From positions 841,040 through 905,039 of the forward strand of contig JAHQJS010000007.1 of NCBI GenBank assembly GCA_019057385.1: a stretch of DNA of 64,000 nt, written 5' to 3'. The position numbers and the translations under genes are program-made. Numbering within the stretch: position 1 is the stretch's first letter; each line of letters begins with the position of its first letter. The notes under the pieces are model-generated. The model was not told the DNA's origin. It searched no databases and was given only the letters and a program-made list of their open reading frames with translations. This document shows positions 39,477 to 49,982 of this stretch, one piece after another. Source of the stretch: Candidatus Borrarchaeum weybense (GTDB taxonomy: Archaea > Asgardarchaeota > Sifarchaeia > Borrarchaeales > Borrarchaeaceae).

Positions 39477-40295
39477 TCAAGAATTACAGTTTGGGAGTTC
39501 TTTAGCAGTTATTGTGTACTTTTCTGCATATTTAGAAAAATATCTTGTTCCGCCACCTTCCATAATAGATCTAAATGCTTTTTCTATATCAATAAAAGTC
39601 ATACCACTGACTGCATCTATTCCGAGTTGAAAAGCGACATCTGGGATCCACGATGCTGTTGGACCTACAACCATTCTGAACACAGCATTGGACGCTGCCT
39701 TCAGAGGTTCTATGAGAGAATGCTCAATTACGGTAGATCCTGTAATAATCAAGATATCTGAGTCTTCTACATCCTCAATTTTTCTAGAAAGTTTTACATT
39801 CTTTCCAAGAGAACCCTCTGTAAGAGCAGGGTTATCATCTATAATAGTGACACCAGCAGAGTTCTTTGCTAAAAAACTAATGAAAGGACCTATCCTACCG
39901 ACCATTCCAACTTTTGAGTCTTTTTTCAATGGAAGATATTTCAGAGTGTCAAGATCAGTAGATCTATGATAATCTTCATGTTTAGATGCAATTATTAACT
40001 GGCTTAGAGCATTAACACCAGCAAGACCAACTGCTCTTTCGAGAGAATCATCAGAAAGGACCATATCCGCTAAATCCGTTGCAGAAGTTTGGTGTAATTC
40101 CCCAGGTTCCTTGAAGACAGTACAAGTAGCTGTCGCCTTTCTAGGAGCATAACCAACGCCCATGGTTCCTTCAAGTAACACCGCCTGGTAAATTCTTCCT
40201 ATGATGACTTCACGAGTATCAGGAATATGGATCCCTTTGAGCTTTGATTCTAACACTGCTCTTGTTTTTTTCAAGAAATTTGACATGACATCCAT
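39477..40295 (-). CDS. DUF364-family protein (enolase-like N-terminus + Rossmann-like domain)
   Basis: ERAVGLA.VNALSQ, KVGMVG.I.P, LIITGST, VGPTAS, EGGG. Confidence 0.7.
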   Translation of the reverse strand: MDVMSNFLKKTRAVLESKLKGIHIPDTREVIIGRIYQAVLLEGTMGVGYAPRKATATCTVFKEPGELHQTSATDLADMVLSDDSLERAVGLAGVNALSQLIIASKHEDYHRSTDLDTLKYLPLKKDSKVGMVGRIGPFISFLAKNSAGVTIIDDNPALTEGSLGKNVKLSRKIEDVEDSDILIITGSTVIEHSLIEPLKAASNAVFRMVVGPTASWIPDVAFQLGIDAVSGMTFIDIEKAFRSIMEGGGTRYFSKYAEKYTITAKELPNCNS

Positions 40296-40397
40296 CCCTT
40301 TTTCAGTAGCAGATTAAGATAGTCTCTTTAATCTAAAAACTTTAAGTTGTAGAAAATCCTGCTATGTGGAGAATCAAAAATAAGTCTGATATAAGAA

Positions 40398-40472
40398 TGG
40401 TGCCGGGGGAGGGATTCGAACCCCCATAAAACGGTTTTGCAGACCGTCACGTCACCTCTCCGTCACCCCGGC
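40398..40472 (-). tRNA. tRNA-Cys(GCA), CCA encoded, A73 discriminator
   Basis: GCCGGGG/CCCCGGC acceptor stem, ACGGT-CTGCAAA-ACCGT anticodon arm, GGTTCGAATCC T arm, ends ACCA. Confidence 0.9.
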
Positions 40473-40597
40473 GCATATGAAGAAAACGACATCAAATCAG
40501 GTATTTACTTCTAGTATTTGTAAGTGATATAAAAAATATTTGTTTGGAACAATAAAAAAAATAAAGGAAAGAGTGAATTCTCTTAATAAAGAGTAGT

Positions 40598-40750
40598 TTA
40601 ATTAAGAAACTTTTCAGGATCCTTTTCAAAGTGTCTCTTGCAGCCTGGGGCGCAGAAATAATATTTTTCACCCTTGTATTCGGAAACTAATCCTTTTGTT
40701 TCTGCATCTTTTTCATCTACGTCCATGCCACAAACAACATCCTTAGCCAA
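40598..40750 (-). CDS. 50-aa YHS/TRASH metallochaperone (not in the ORF track)
   Basis: TTG start after GGAGGA: MAKDVVCGMDVDEKDAETKGLVSEYKGEKYYFCAPGCKRHFEKDPEKFLN; directly downstream of copA. Confidence 0.88.
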   Translation of the reverse strand: MAKDVVCGMDVDEKDAETKGLVSEYKGEKYYFCAPGCKRHFEKDPEKFLN

Positions 40751-40823
40751 GTTTATTTCCTCCTATCTAATTTTGTTAATTTTTATAATAATGATTAGGA
40801 AACCTATCCCAAAAAATAAGGGA

Positions 40824-43286
40824 TTAGATCACATGCATCGGCTGAAATCTTTTGAGCCATAATGAACTGGAAACTACTGATACCGAACTCATAGCCATTG
40901 CAGCGGCAGCAAACATGGGTAATAGCAACCCAAGAGCAGCTACTGGGATGAACACCGTATTATAAAAGAACGACCAAAAGAGATTTCGTTTAATAGTTTT
41001 CATTGTCTTCTTACTCAAAGCAATCGCACCTACAACTGCTCTTAAGTCTTCACCGATTAATGTGATATCAGATGATTCAATTGCTACATCAGAGCCTGAT
41101 CCTATAGCAATCCCGATGTCTGCTTGAACCAAAGCTGGCGCGTCATTAATACCGTCTCCCACCATACCGACAACTTTTCCTTCGCTTTGTAGTTTTTTGA
41201 CCATGTTAGCTTTATCAGCAGGTAGTACTTCTGCAAATACACGTGTTATGCCTATCTGTTTTGCAATGGCATGAGCAGTCTTTTCATTATCACCGGTCAG
41301 CATGATGACTTCTACGCCCATCTTTTGAAGTTTTTTAACTGCTTCCTTCGAATACTCTTTCAATGTGTCAGCTACTGCTAAAACACCTGCTGAAGTATTA
41401 TCAATTGCAACTACCATTGCTGTTTTGCCTTCACTTTGTAGCCTATTTATTGCGTCTCTAAGTGATTCGATATTTATGTTATTTTCACTCATCAATTTTT
41501 CATTGCCAATGAACACAGTTTCTTCATTCACAGTTGCCTTAACTCCGTGACCTGGAATTGCCTCAAAGCCGTCTACATCTATGAATTGGATGTTTTCTTG
41601 TTCAGCTCCCTTTACGATTGCTTCACCTAGGGGATGTTCTGATCCTTTCTCAATACTTGCTGCATATGTCAAGAGTTTATTTTTATCATAGCCATTTGAT
41701 GTAACAACGTCTGTAAGTTCTGGTTCTCCTTTAGTGAGCGTACCCGTTTTGTCAAAAATTACTGCATTCATCTTATGGGCCGTTTCTAGACTCTCGCCAC
41801 CTTTGATAAGGATTCCATTTTCTGCGCCTTTGCCCGTACCAGCCATAATAGCGGTCGGAGTTGCCAATCCTAAAGCACAAGGACAAGCAATGACTAAAAC
41901 TGCAACCATTGCCAACATGGCAAAAGTAAAAGCGTCTGACGCGCCTAAGGGGATTCCAATTAGTTGAGAAAGTCCGAAGAAATACTGAAGAACAAAGGTT
42001 ACAAGTGCTATAACAATCACTGATGGAACAAAATATCCCGCAACGGTATCTGCAAGTCTTTGAATAGGTGCTTTTGATCCCTGCGCGTCTTCAACGATTT
42101 TTATAATCTGAGCTAAAGCAGTATCTTTGCCGACCTTCATTGCTTCAAATTTCAAAGTCCCTAGTTTGTTTAAAGTCGCACCAATTACCTCATCGCCTAC
42201 ATTTTTTTCGATGGGTAATGATTCCCCAGTAAGCATTGATTCATCAACGCTAGAACGTCCTTCTCGAACAATTCCATCTACTGGAACCTTATCACCTGGT
42301 TTTACAATAACCAAATCTCCTACTTCTACATCTTCTATAGGTATCTCGATTTCTTTCCCATCTCTGATAATAGTAGCGGTTTTGGCTTGTAGATCTAGCA
42401 GTTTTTTGATTGCTTCTGACGTTCTTCCTTTTGCTACAGCTTCCAGATATTTGCCAAGTGTGATTAGTGTCAGAATCATGATAGCAGAATCGAAATATAC
42501 CTCGCCTCCCAAGAAAAATGTGATTACAGTACTATATCCGTATGCTGCAGAAGTTCCCATTGCGATTAAAGTGTCCATATTAGCCCTTAAATGTAATAAG
42601 CGTTTATAAGTCCTAACATAATACTGCCTGCCAATAATTGCCTGACCTGGCGTTGCTAGAGCAAACAGTACTAAATTTTTGAAAAACTCGCCTCCGAACA
42701 CTTCAAAAGGTAATAGCATTCCTATGAGCATTATTGGTATGCTAAGTGCGGTACCCAAAATAACTAGTAACTTTTGTCTTTTGATCTCTTTTTCTCGCGC
42801 GACTTTCTCTATATCTATCATTCCGCCCTCTTCGGGGATCGCTAATACATCGTATCCTGCATCAATAATCGCTTTTTTTAAGATGGATAAATTAGTAATC
42901 GTCGGGATATATTCCACTGTAGCCTTTTCGGTTGCGAAGTTAACAACTGCAGATTTAACTCCTTCAACCTCATTTAAAACTTCTTCAATAGTTGCTGCAC
43001 ATGAACTACACGACATGTTTCCTATGGCAATTGTTACTTTACCAGTTGCAACACCGTAGCCAACATCTTCAATAGTTTTAACAAAGTCTTGAAGTTTTAC
43101 TCTACTTGGATCGTACATTATTGTTGCTCTTTCCACATTGAAGTTTACTGACGCCTTCTTTACACCAGGTAAATTTGCTAGTTCCTCTTCGTTAGTCAAT
43201 GCACAAGTTGCGCAAGTCATGCCTGTGATGCCTAGTGTGATCTTCTTAGATTTTTTTTCTACAGAACTCTTAGTGGTTGTTGTCAT
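40824..43286 (-). CDS. copA: Cu(I)-exporting P1B-1 ATPase with two HMA domains
   Basis: MTCATC and [45 protein letters not shown]. Confidence 0.95.
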   Translation of the reverse strand: MTTTTKSSVEKKSKKITLGITGMTCATCALTNEEELANLPGVKKASVNFNVERATIMYDPSRVKLQDFVKTIEDVGYGVATGKVTIAIGNMSCSSCAATIEEVLNEVEGVKSAVVNFATEKATVEYIPTITNLSILKKAIIDAGYDVLAIPEEGGMIDIEKVAREKEIKRQKLLVILGTALSIPIMLIGMLLPFEVFGGEFFKNLVLFALATPGQAIIGRQYYVRTYKRLLHLRANMDTLIAMGTSAAYGYSTVITFFLGGEVYFDSAIMILTLITLGKYLEAVAKGRTSEAIKKLLDLQAKTATIIRDGKEIEIPIEDVEVGDLVIVKPGDKVPVDGIVREGRSSVDESMLTGESLPIEKNVGDEVIGATLNKLGTLKFEAMKVGKDTALAQIIKIVEDAQGSKAPIQRLADTVAGYFVPSVIVIALVTFVLQYFFGLSQLIGIPLGASDAFTFAMLAMVAVLVIACPCALGLATPTAIMAGTGKGAENGILIKGGESLETAHKMNAVIFDKTGTLTKGEPELTDVVTSNGYDKNKLLTYAASIEKGSEHPLGEAIVKGAEQENIQFIDVDGFEAIPGHGVKATVNEETVFIGNEKLMSENNINIESLRDAINRLQSEGKTAMVVAIDNTSAGVLAVADTLKEYSKEAVKKLQKMGVEVIMLTGDNEKTAHAIAKQIGITRVFAEVLPADKANMVKKLQSEGKVVGMVGDGINDAPALVQADIGIAIGSGSDVAIESSDITLIGEDLRAVVGAIALSKKTMKTIKRNLFWSFFYNTVFIPVAALGLLLPMFAAAAMAMSSVSVVSSSLWLKRFQPMHVI

Positions 43287-43361
43287 TTTCCTTATTCTCC
43301 TCTTTTTAATCTTCAGAATTGAAATACTAATGATATGACAGTATTATAAATATTTCTTTTA

Positions 43362-43373
43362 AAGATATATCTT
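43362..43373. promoter_or_regulatory. Palindromic operator AAGATATATCTT upstream of copA
   Basis: Perfect 12-bp palindrome downstream of a TTTATATA box; the core is repeated upstream of the PadR-TRASH gene. Confidence 0.5.
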
Positions 43374-43670
43374 GTGTGAACCCGATTATAGAATATAACT
43401 ATATTATATATAAACCTAACTTTAGAGGAATATTCTTAATGTCTTTACATAATTAAAAATCTTTTTAAAGTAATAAAGTTATTTCTTGGGTTAGCTGAAT
43501 AAAACAAATTGAATAATATGTATTAACAAGACATTTAGATTAATTAGCGTGTATTATTTTAAGAACAATAAAACAGAAAGATAAATGAAACAGTATGTAC
43601 TTTTGAACAATATCAATTCGCATCTGAATGGAGATTTCAATAAGACGAATGATGAACTAGAAGTGATTTC

Positions 43671-45440
43671 ATGAATACAATAGATCCTGTCTGTGGAATG
43701 CCTATCGATCCAGAAATCACTGAATTCAAAGTAGAGCGTTGGGGGAAGACATACTACTTTTGTAACGAGTTCTGTTTGCATAGTTTTCTAGAAGACCCTA
43801 AAATTGCGTATTTCTCTATGGAAATTGGAATTATAAACGAAATTCCAACATATAGCGGTGGTCTAGGAGTTTTAGCTGGAGATACGATAAGATCCAGTGC
43901 AGACTTAAAAATCCCCTTAGTTGCGGTGACCCTTATTAGTCGTAAAGGATACCTTAAACAAACGATAACCGAGAAAGGAGAACAGTTGGAACACTCAGAA
44001 GAATGGGATCCTTCTAAATGCATGACTTTACTTCCGACTAGTGTATATGTACAAATTCAAGGAAGACCTGTAAAAATTAGGGCTTGGTTTTATGAACATC
44101 AAAGCCCGACGGGCGGAGTAGTCCCTATATTTTTCCTCGACACGTCTGATGAAGAAAATGCTTTTGAAGATAGAATGATCACCGACCATCTTTACGGTGG
44201 CGACGGTAAGAACCGTTTAAAACAGGAAATTGTCTTAGGAATTGGCGGCGTAAAGATGCTTAAAGTACTAAATTTCAAAATAAAGAAGTGCCACATGAAT
44301 GAAGGACATTCAAGCCTACTCACTTTAGAGCTATTAAAGGATAATGAGATGCGACCTGACAGCGTGAAAAATCTATGCGTTTTTACCACCCATACGCCCA
44401 TAGCAGCAGCATTTGATAAGTACTCGTATGATCTCGCCTACGAATTATTAGGAAATGAGTACCCTTTGGAGCTGTCTAAAAAATTTGCGGGGCAAGATAA
44501 CTTGAACATGACTCTGCTAGCCTTAAATTTAAGTAGAGCTGTGAATGGAGTCGCGAAGTCGCATATGAATCATTCAAAAAAACTTTTCCCAGGATATATG
44601 ATAAGCGCAATAACAAATGGTGTTTACTCATACATGTGGACTTGTCAGCATTTTAGAGAACTCTATGACAAGTATTTACCAGGTTGGGCTAACGAGCCTG
44701 AACTCCTTGTGAGAGTTGACTCAATACCAGACGATGAGATATGGGATGCTCACACGGAAGCAAAAAAGGATCTAATTGACTTAGTAAGAGAGAAAACGGG
44801 CAAAGAATTGGATCAAAATATCTTAACTTTGGGTTTTGCTCGGAGAGCTACAGGATACAAACGGGCTACTTTAATTTTCTCTGATTTGAAGAGACTAAAA
44901 AATGTAAATAAGAGAGGGAAAATACAGTTAATTTTTGCCGGGAAAGCGCATCCACGCGATTTAAGTGGTAAGGAACTGATAAAGGAAATCTATAAATATG
45001 GAGAGCTATTGAAAGACGAAATTTCAATCGTTTATCTCGAAAACTTTAATATGGATATTGCTGCCAAACTTACATCTGGGGTTGACGTTTGGCTGAATAC
45101 ACCATTGCCCCCCCTCGAAGCTTCTGGGACAAGTGGAATGAAGGCTGCTCACAATGGTGTAATAAATTTCAGTGTATTAGATGGTTGGTGGCTTGAGGGC
45201 TGTATAGAGGACGTTACTGGTTGGTCTATAGGACCCTCACCACACGAAGTAGTTGGAGATGAAGAAAGGAGAACCCGTGAATTAGATGATCTGTACTCTA
45301 AAATGGAATACATAATCATTCCTGCCTACGATAGAAGAGATCAATGGATCGAATTAATGCAAAATTCTATTGGAAAGATCGCTTATTATTTTAACAGCCA
45401 CCGCATGATGCGAAGATATGTCACAGAAGCCTATCTTTAA
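43671..45440 (+). CDS. glgP: Alpha-glucan phosphorylase with N-terminal YHS domain
   Basis: DPVCGM...YYFCNEFC..F..DP fused in frame to IAYFSMEIG, YSGGLG.LAGD, HMNEGH, GKAHP, EASGTSGMK. Confidence 0.9.
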   Translation: MNTIDPVCGMPIDPEITEFKVERWGKTYYFCNEFCLHSFLEDPKIAYFSMEIGIINEIPTYSGGLGVLAGDTIRSSADLKIPLVAVTLISRKGYLKQTITEKGEQLEHSEEWDPSKCMTLLPTSVYVQIQGRPVKIRAWFYEHQSPTGGVVPIFFLDTSDEENAFEDRMITDHLYGGDGKNRLKQEIVLGIGGVKMLKVLNFKIKKCHMNEGHSSLLTLELLKDNEMRPDSVKNLCVFTTHTPIAAAFDKYSYDLAYELLGNEYPLELSKKFAGQDNLNMTLLALNLSRAVNGVAKSHMNHSKKLFPGYMISAITNGVYSYMWTCQHFRELYDKYLPGWANEPELLVRVDSIPDDEIWDAHTEAKKDLIDLVREKTGKELDQNILTLGFARRATGYKRATLIFSDLKRLKNVNKRGKIQLIFAGKAHPRDLSGKELIKEIYKYGELLKDEISIVYLENFNMDIAAKLTSGVDVWLNTPLPPLEASGTSGMKAAHNGVINFSVLDGWWLEGCIEDVTGWSIGPSPHEVVGDEERRTRELDDLYSKMEYIIIPAYDRRDQWIELMQNSIGKIAYYFNSHRMMRRYVTEAYL

Positions 45441-45484
45441 ATATCTTATAAAAAGAGAGTTCAAATCCTCTTCTGAGTATTTAC

Positions 45485-45688
45485 TTGAAGAAAAGCAAGA
45501 AAGCACCACTGCTTTAGCGTGGTGATGAATTGCGTGGTGTTTATAAAGTTTAGTGGTAATAAAGTCTATGAGTACCTACGGGGCGTAGGGATGTTAAGCC
45601 TGTGGAGATAAGACCTCCGTAACCCGCAAGGGGATCGAGTCTGTCGGAGAAGCAGGAAGCCTCGATGCTTTAGCACGAGGTAGCTCAC
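45485..45688 (+). mobile_element. 204-bp non-autonomous IS200/IS605 element with omegaRNA-like segment
   Basis: TTAC target, AAAG at +16..+19, left-end hairpin caccac-tgctttagc-gtggtg; ctacggggcgtagg...gcctgtggaga...gaagcaggaag; right-end hairpin; TCAC end. Confidence 0.8.
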
Positions 45689-45895
45689 TTGTATTTATTA
45701 TGAATCCTGTTATTAATAATAAGAAGGAATCCAATTTCTATTCTGAGGCCTCCTTCTTTATATGTAATTTTTTTGACCTTTTCATACTTTCTATCCCCCA
45801 GCACACGAATGGTATCAATTGGCAAAATTCTTGTCTTAACAGTATCTGGTCTAATCATCAGTTAATCTTCACGTCTATCACTTTTTCGTCTTTTT

Positions 45896-48292
45896 TTAAT
45901 TTTGTGTAAAGGGCTCAAGCAGTAGCATAATATCATTATAGATTTCGCAGATTAGTGCTTCTTTAGATTTGCCCTTCCAAGAGACATCTAGCGCGTGTAA
46001 CCATGCTTCATCTAGTTTTCTTAGAGGATGCTTCTTATCACCTTTTGCCATAAGAATCATTTCCAAGTAGTTGCTCCGTTTTGATAGAGGTATGGAATTC
46101 CATCCTTTAGAATAACTGAGAATTTTATCCTTGTTCTTGCGTTCTATTCGTTCAAATTTAGGGACTAAACGAGACTCTAAATCTTTTGGTAATAATTGTC
46201 CAACACTACCTGACTCTATTCTCCTTGAACAGAGGAAATCTAATAAAAAGATTGAAGATGACAAGTACGCAAATAAGAACTCTGCTAAATCGGGATTCTT
46301 TATTCGAATTCCATAGAAACCGCTACTCACTAGAATTGGTTTATTACACAAGAATACTATGCTTCGGTTATTCTTCAGATTTATTTTCCGGACTATCATC
46401 AACTGCGTTCTTTTTTTCTTAAATCCATTTATTTGAACACTCCAGCGACCTAAAGGATTCTTGGGTAGTTTTCCAGCACTAGCCAGATTCTCATAAGTTG
46501 TCCAGTTCTTCCGATTAAAGTCCCAGTATTCCTTTGCCCCATCTGTTCTATTAGTTTTGTGACCTAGAAAGAAATAAGATTTTAGATCAGTCTCATTAAA
46601 CATAGGTGAAAGATCTAGATCCATCGCTTCTCTTAGCACATGAACTGTTTTTGATAAAAATGATTTATCAATCGCGAGTGTTCTATCATTTTCAACATTT
46701 TGAATCAAAACATGATTCTCAGTGTCTTCTTTAATTTTCCAGCTTTTATTTGGGATTCTAAAGCATTCTTTTGGCCTTGGATCGTGATACTGAAATGATG
46801 ATGCATAATTACATAATGATACAAAATTATGTGAAATCAGGGCGAAGATTGCTGAAGATGAAAATAGATCTTTCCAAACGATTGTATTCTTCATTTGAGA
46901 ATACGGGATTGTTCTTAAAGTTATTTTATCATTACTTATGGTGATTTTCTTCTTAATAAGTGAAATTAGTTCATTTAATTCATTATCAGACAATTTCAAT
47001 AGCGATTTCTTAAAGGTTACAACTTTCGCGTTTCCTTCATAATTCTTTTGTGCAATTAGCATAACCTCTTGAAGTTCACTATCACTAAAGGCTGAATCTA
47101 CTTCAGAGCGAATAAGATATTTGACACTAAAGTCTTTTTGAAATTCTTTAATTACGTTTTCCATCGCATGAGCGAACGTTACAGAATTTGGTAAAATGAA
47201 AGCAAGAGCTCCGTTTTCCTTCAACAATTTCGTTGCATATAGAAGAAAGCAAGCATGTATACCTATTTTATCTAACTCTATTTGAGTCGGCATAATACCA
47301 TAAAGAAATTCTCGATATTTGCGAGTGATTCTATTTCCTCTGGTGAACGGAGGGTTTGAGATTAACACATCGAAATATGGAATTTCAACTGGTTTATCAG
47401 ATTCTTTTTCATTGGGAGAGCCACCTGTCATCAGAGACTCTTCCCAAGAACTTGTTTCGCGATCAGAAAAAGAAATAAATTTTCTAGGTTTAAGTTTAAA
47501 CGCATCTTCATGAATGATATTACATTTATCAGTGAATTCGAACGGGGATTGTATTGCTAAATTGACTGCTGCTAGTTCGCATGCAAAAGCAGAGATATCT
47601 GACCCCCATATTTGCTGCAAACGTTTTCTATGAGAGTTGTTTCCAAGATTTTTTAAGCGGTTATATGACTGAATTAGGAGAGTTCCTGAACCGCACGCAA
47701 TATCACCTACGATTTGATATTTATTATCAATTGCAAGATATGCTAATAATTTCGCTGGCTTTGGGAGCGTATAAAAGGCTGCTAATCGTCTTCTTAAGGT
47801 TAAAGGTAAAAGACGCTGAAAAAGCTGTCCCAAAAAATCCCTTTTGATAACTTTCTCTAGCGGCAAATTAGAAATTGTGTGAATAAAATCACTTAAAATG
47901 TTCTTGCTATCTTTCGGTAATTTTGATGCTACATCGATCTTAAAGACAACTCTGAAGCCGATTTCATCCATAACTCTCTGAAAGAAATCAGTTAAGATTG
48001 AAGGACAGGTAATTTTCCCTATCATAGGCAATTTAAATGCTGGAACTTCTTTCTGAAGGATAATATAAAAAACCAATTGAGAGATCACAATGAATGCTGC
48101 CACTTTGTAGGATGCTAATTTTAATTCTTCTTCTTGTGATTTTGTTGAGAGTTTTATATCAAAATTTTTTGCAGAAAATATACCAAGTTCCCTTTCAAGA
48201 GTTTTCAAAGGAATTTGTTTTGTAAAAAATTCTAATTCTGTCATTGTTGCATTTAAAATATCTGCTAGATCTTTTTCAGAACTAATTGTCAT
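45896..48292 (-). CDS. N6-adenine DNA methyltransferase with TRD (type IIG/Eco57I-like); no nuclease domain evident
   Basis: AFYT, DIACGSGTLL, ISNPPF, AFILP. Confidence 0.75.
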   Translation of the reverse strand: MTISSEKDLADILNATMTELEFFTKQIPLKTLERELGIFSAKNFDIKLSTKSQEEELKLASYKVAAFIVISQLVFYIILQKEVPAFKLPMIGKITCPSILTDFFQRVMDEIGFRVVFKIDVASKLPKDSKNILSDFIHTISNLPLEKVIKRDFLGQLFQRLLPLTLRRRLAAFYTLPKPAKLLAYLAIDNKYQIVGDIACGSGTLLIQSYNRLKNLGNNSHRKRLQQIWGSDISAFACELAAVNLAIQSPFEFTDKCNIIHEDAFKLKPRKFISFSDRETSSWEESLMTGGSPNEKESDKPVEIPYFDVLISNPPFTRGNRITRKYREFLYGIMPTQIELDKIGIHACFLLYATKLLKENGALAFILPNSVTFAHAMENVIKEFQKDFSVKYLIRSEVDSAFSDSELQEVMLIAQKNYEGNAKVVTFKKSLLKLSDNELNELISLIKKKITISNDKITLRTIPYSQMKNTIVWKDLFSSSAIFALISHNFVSLCNYASSFQYHDPRPKECFRIPNKSWKIKEDTENHVLIQNVENDRTLAIDKSFLSKTVHVLREAMDLDLSPMFNETDLKSYFFLGHKTNRTDGAKEYWDFNRKNWTTYENLASAGKLPKNPLGRWSVQINGFKKKRTQLMIVRKINLKNNRSIVFLCNKPILVSSGFYGIRIKNPDLAEFLFAYLSSSIFLLDFLCSRRIESGSVGQLLPKDLESRLVPKFERIERKNKDKILSYSKGWNSIPLSKRSNYLEMILMAKGDKKHPLRKLDEAWLHALDVSWKGKSKEALICEIYNDIMLLLEPFTQN

Positions 48293-48471
48293 TTCCCTCT
48301 ACCAATACAAACAGACTCATTCCAAATTTATCATTGGTTTCTATAATTGGAATTCTATAAATTATATCTACGAGAGGAAGACTTAGAAATTAATTATTGT
48401 AAGAATTGTCCTTGTTTTCACATAACACTGGGTAGTGAACAAATTAAAGTAGTCAAAGAGAGGCGATCTTA

Positions 48472-49323
48472 GTGGAAGAACATTCTGCAAATCTTGAGAA
48501 TGATGACAAACTTATGAAAAATGACGTTAGAGATTCAAAAAGATTGAACGCTCTTGATGGTAAAACATGGACACGCTATTCTATTAGTGTGTGGGATACA
48601 GTAAAATCTCCTCAAGAAATGAAATTAAGACACCCTGCTATGTTCCCTGCTGAACTCGTAAAAAGACTGATCAATATCTATACAAAAAAGGGTAATGTAG
48701 TATTGGATACATTCATGGGTAGTGGCAGTACAGTACTTGCTGCGAGAAACCTTGGTAGAAAAAGTATTGGATTTGAGATTTCTGAAGAATTTGTTAAATT
48801 AGCTAAAGAAAGATTGGCACAGCAACACCTTTTTTCTTCTAATAATGAAGAAGAACCAAAGATATGCCAAGATGATGCACGAAACCTTCGAAACTATTTA
48901 GAAACTAACTCAGTAGATCTAGTTATTACATCGCCGCCTTATTGGGATATACATCGACAGAAAAGAACGGCAGATCGGAAAATTATTCGCCCCTATACTG
49001 ACTTAGAAACTGACCTTGGGAACATAACGGATTATTATGTGTTTATTAACGCACTTAAAGAAGTTTTTCAAGAAGTATATAAAGTGTTAAAGCCGGAAAA
49101 ATGGTGTATTATAATTGTGATGGATCTTCGAAAGAAGAATAAATTCTATCCACTTCATATAGACACAGCAAGAATGATGATGGAAATTGGATTTGAATTT
49201 GAAGACGTCATAATTTGGGATCGGAAGCGAGAATACAGCAATTTGAGACCTCTCGGCTACCCTTATGTTTTCAGAGTTAACAAAGTCCATGAATACATTT
49301 TAATTTTTAAAAAAATCGGTTAA
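48472..49323 (+). CDS. Site-specific DNA methyltransferase (N4-cytosine-like, SPPY)
   Basis: HPAMFP, LDTFMGSGS, ITSPPY, HEYILIFKK. Confidence 0.85.
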   Translation: MEEHSANLENDDKLMKNDVRDSKRLNALDGKTWTRYSISVWDTVKSPQEMKLRHPAMFPAELVKRLINIYTKKGNVVLDTFMGSGSTVLAARNLGRKSIGFEISEEFVKLAKERLAQQHLFSSNNEEEPKICQDDARNLRNYLETNSVDLVITSPPYWDIHRQKRTADRKIIRPYTDLETDLGNITDYYVFINALKEVFQEVYKVLKPEKWCIIIVMDLRKKNKFYPLHIDTARMMMEIGFEFEDVIIWDRKREYSNLRPLGYPYVFRVNKVHEYILIFKKIG

Positions 49324-49373
49324 ATTTAACTAAAATGATGAAAGGAATGATACCGCGATACTAAAAGTATTAT

Positions 49374-49808
49374 TTATTCAGTTTTGTACGTCGCTGCACA
49401 ATGTTTGCAACAAAATGTGAGTTTTTTACCTTTTATTGTTTCTATATGTGCTCCTTCGTACACTTTACATCCGCAATGTGCACAGACATCCAAACTTGGT
49501 TCTATAGCAGTAGATACAATACTGGAAAATCTTTTGAATAATCTTGTTATAAGCTCTTTTCCTCTCTCCGTAAGTTCGTATACCTTCCTTTCTTTTTTTC
49601 CTACTGGTTTTAAGGTGGATTTTAGATGACCTTTTTCCTCTAGAAGCTGCAAGAAGGGATAAACAAGGCTTGGGCTAATATCTTTTTTTAGTCTTTTTTT
49701 GAATTTGTCAATAATGCTGTAACCGTGAGCTGGACCTTCATAAAGAATTGTAAGAATATAGAATCTTGAAAAGTCATAAACGATCCCATCGAAATCAGTA
49801 TTACTCAT
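49374..49808 (-). CDS. PadR-family regulator with C-terminal TRASH-like metal-binding domain
   Basis: HGYSI...SLVYPFL..LE...RKVYELTERG plus CAHCGC...FCCKHCA. Confidence 0.85.
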   Translation of the reverse strand: MSNTDFDGIVYDFSRFYILTILYEGPAHGYSIIDKFKKRLKKDISPSLVYPFLQLLEEKGHLKSTLKPVGKKERKVYELTERGKELITRLFKRFSSIVSTAIEPSLDVCAHCGCKVYEGAHIETIKGKKLTFCCKHCAATYKTE

Positions 49809-49846
49809 TTTTATCGTCTCTACTAAATTATTTTAGCATCTACATG

Positions 49847-49856
49847 AGATATATCT
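49847..49856. promoter_or_regulatory. Palindrome AGATATATCT upstream of the PadR-TRASH gene
   Basis: Same core as the copA operator, about 20-30 nt downstream of a minus-strand TTTATATA box. Confidence 0.5.
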
Positions 49857-49982
49857 TTGAGAGATATTAAATATTACTATATAAAGATTATAATGTGAAT
49901 AGATAAATAACTCGTTTTAAAGCCCCATTTTAAGCAATTATGGAGAAATAATCTACAAAAATCGTTTGTAGGGATAAAAAAA

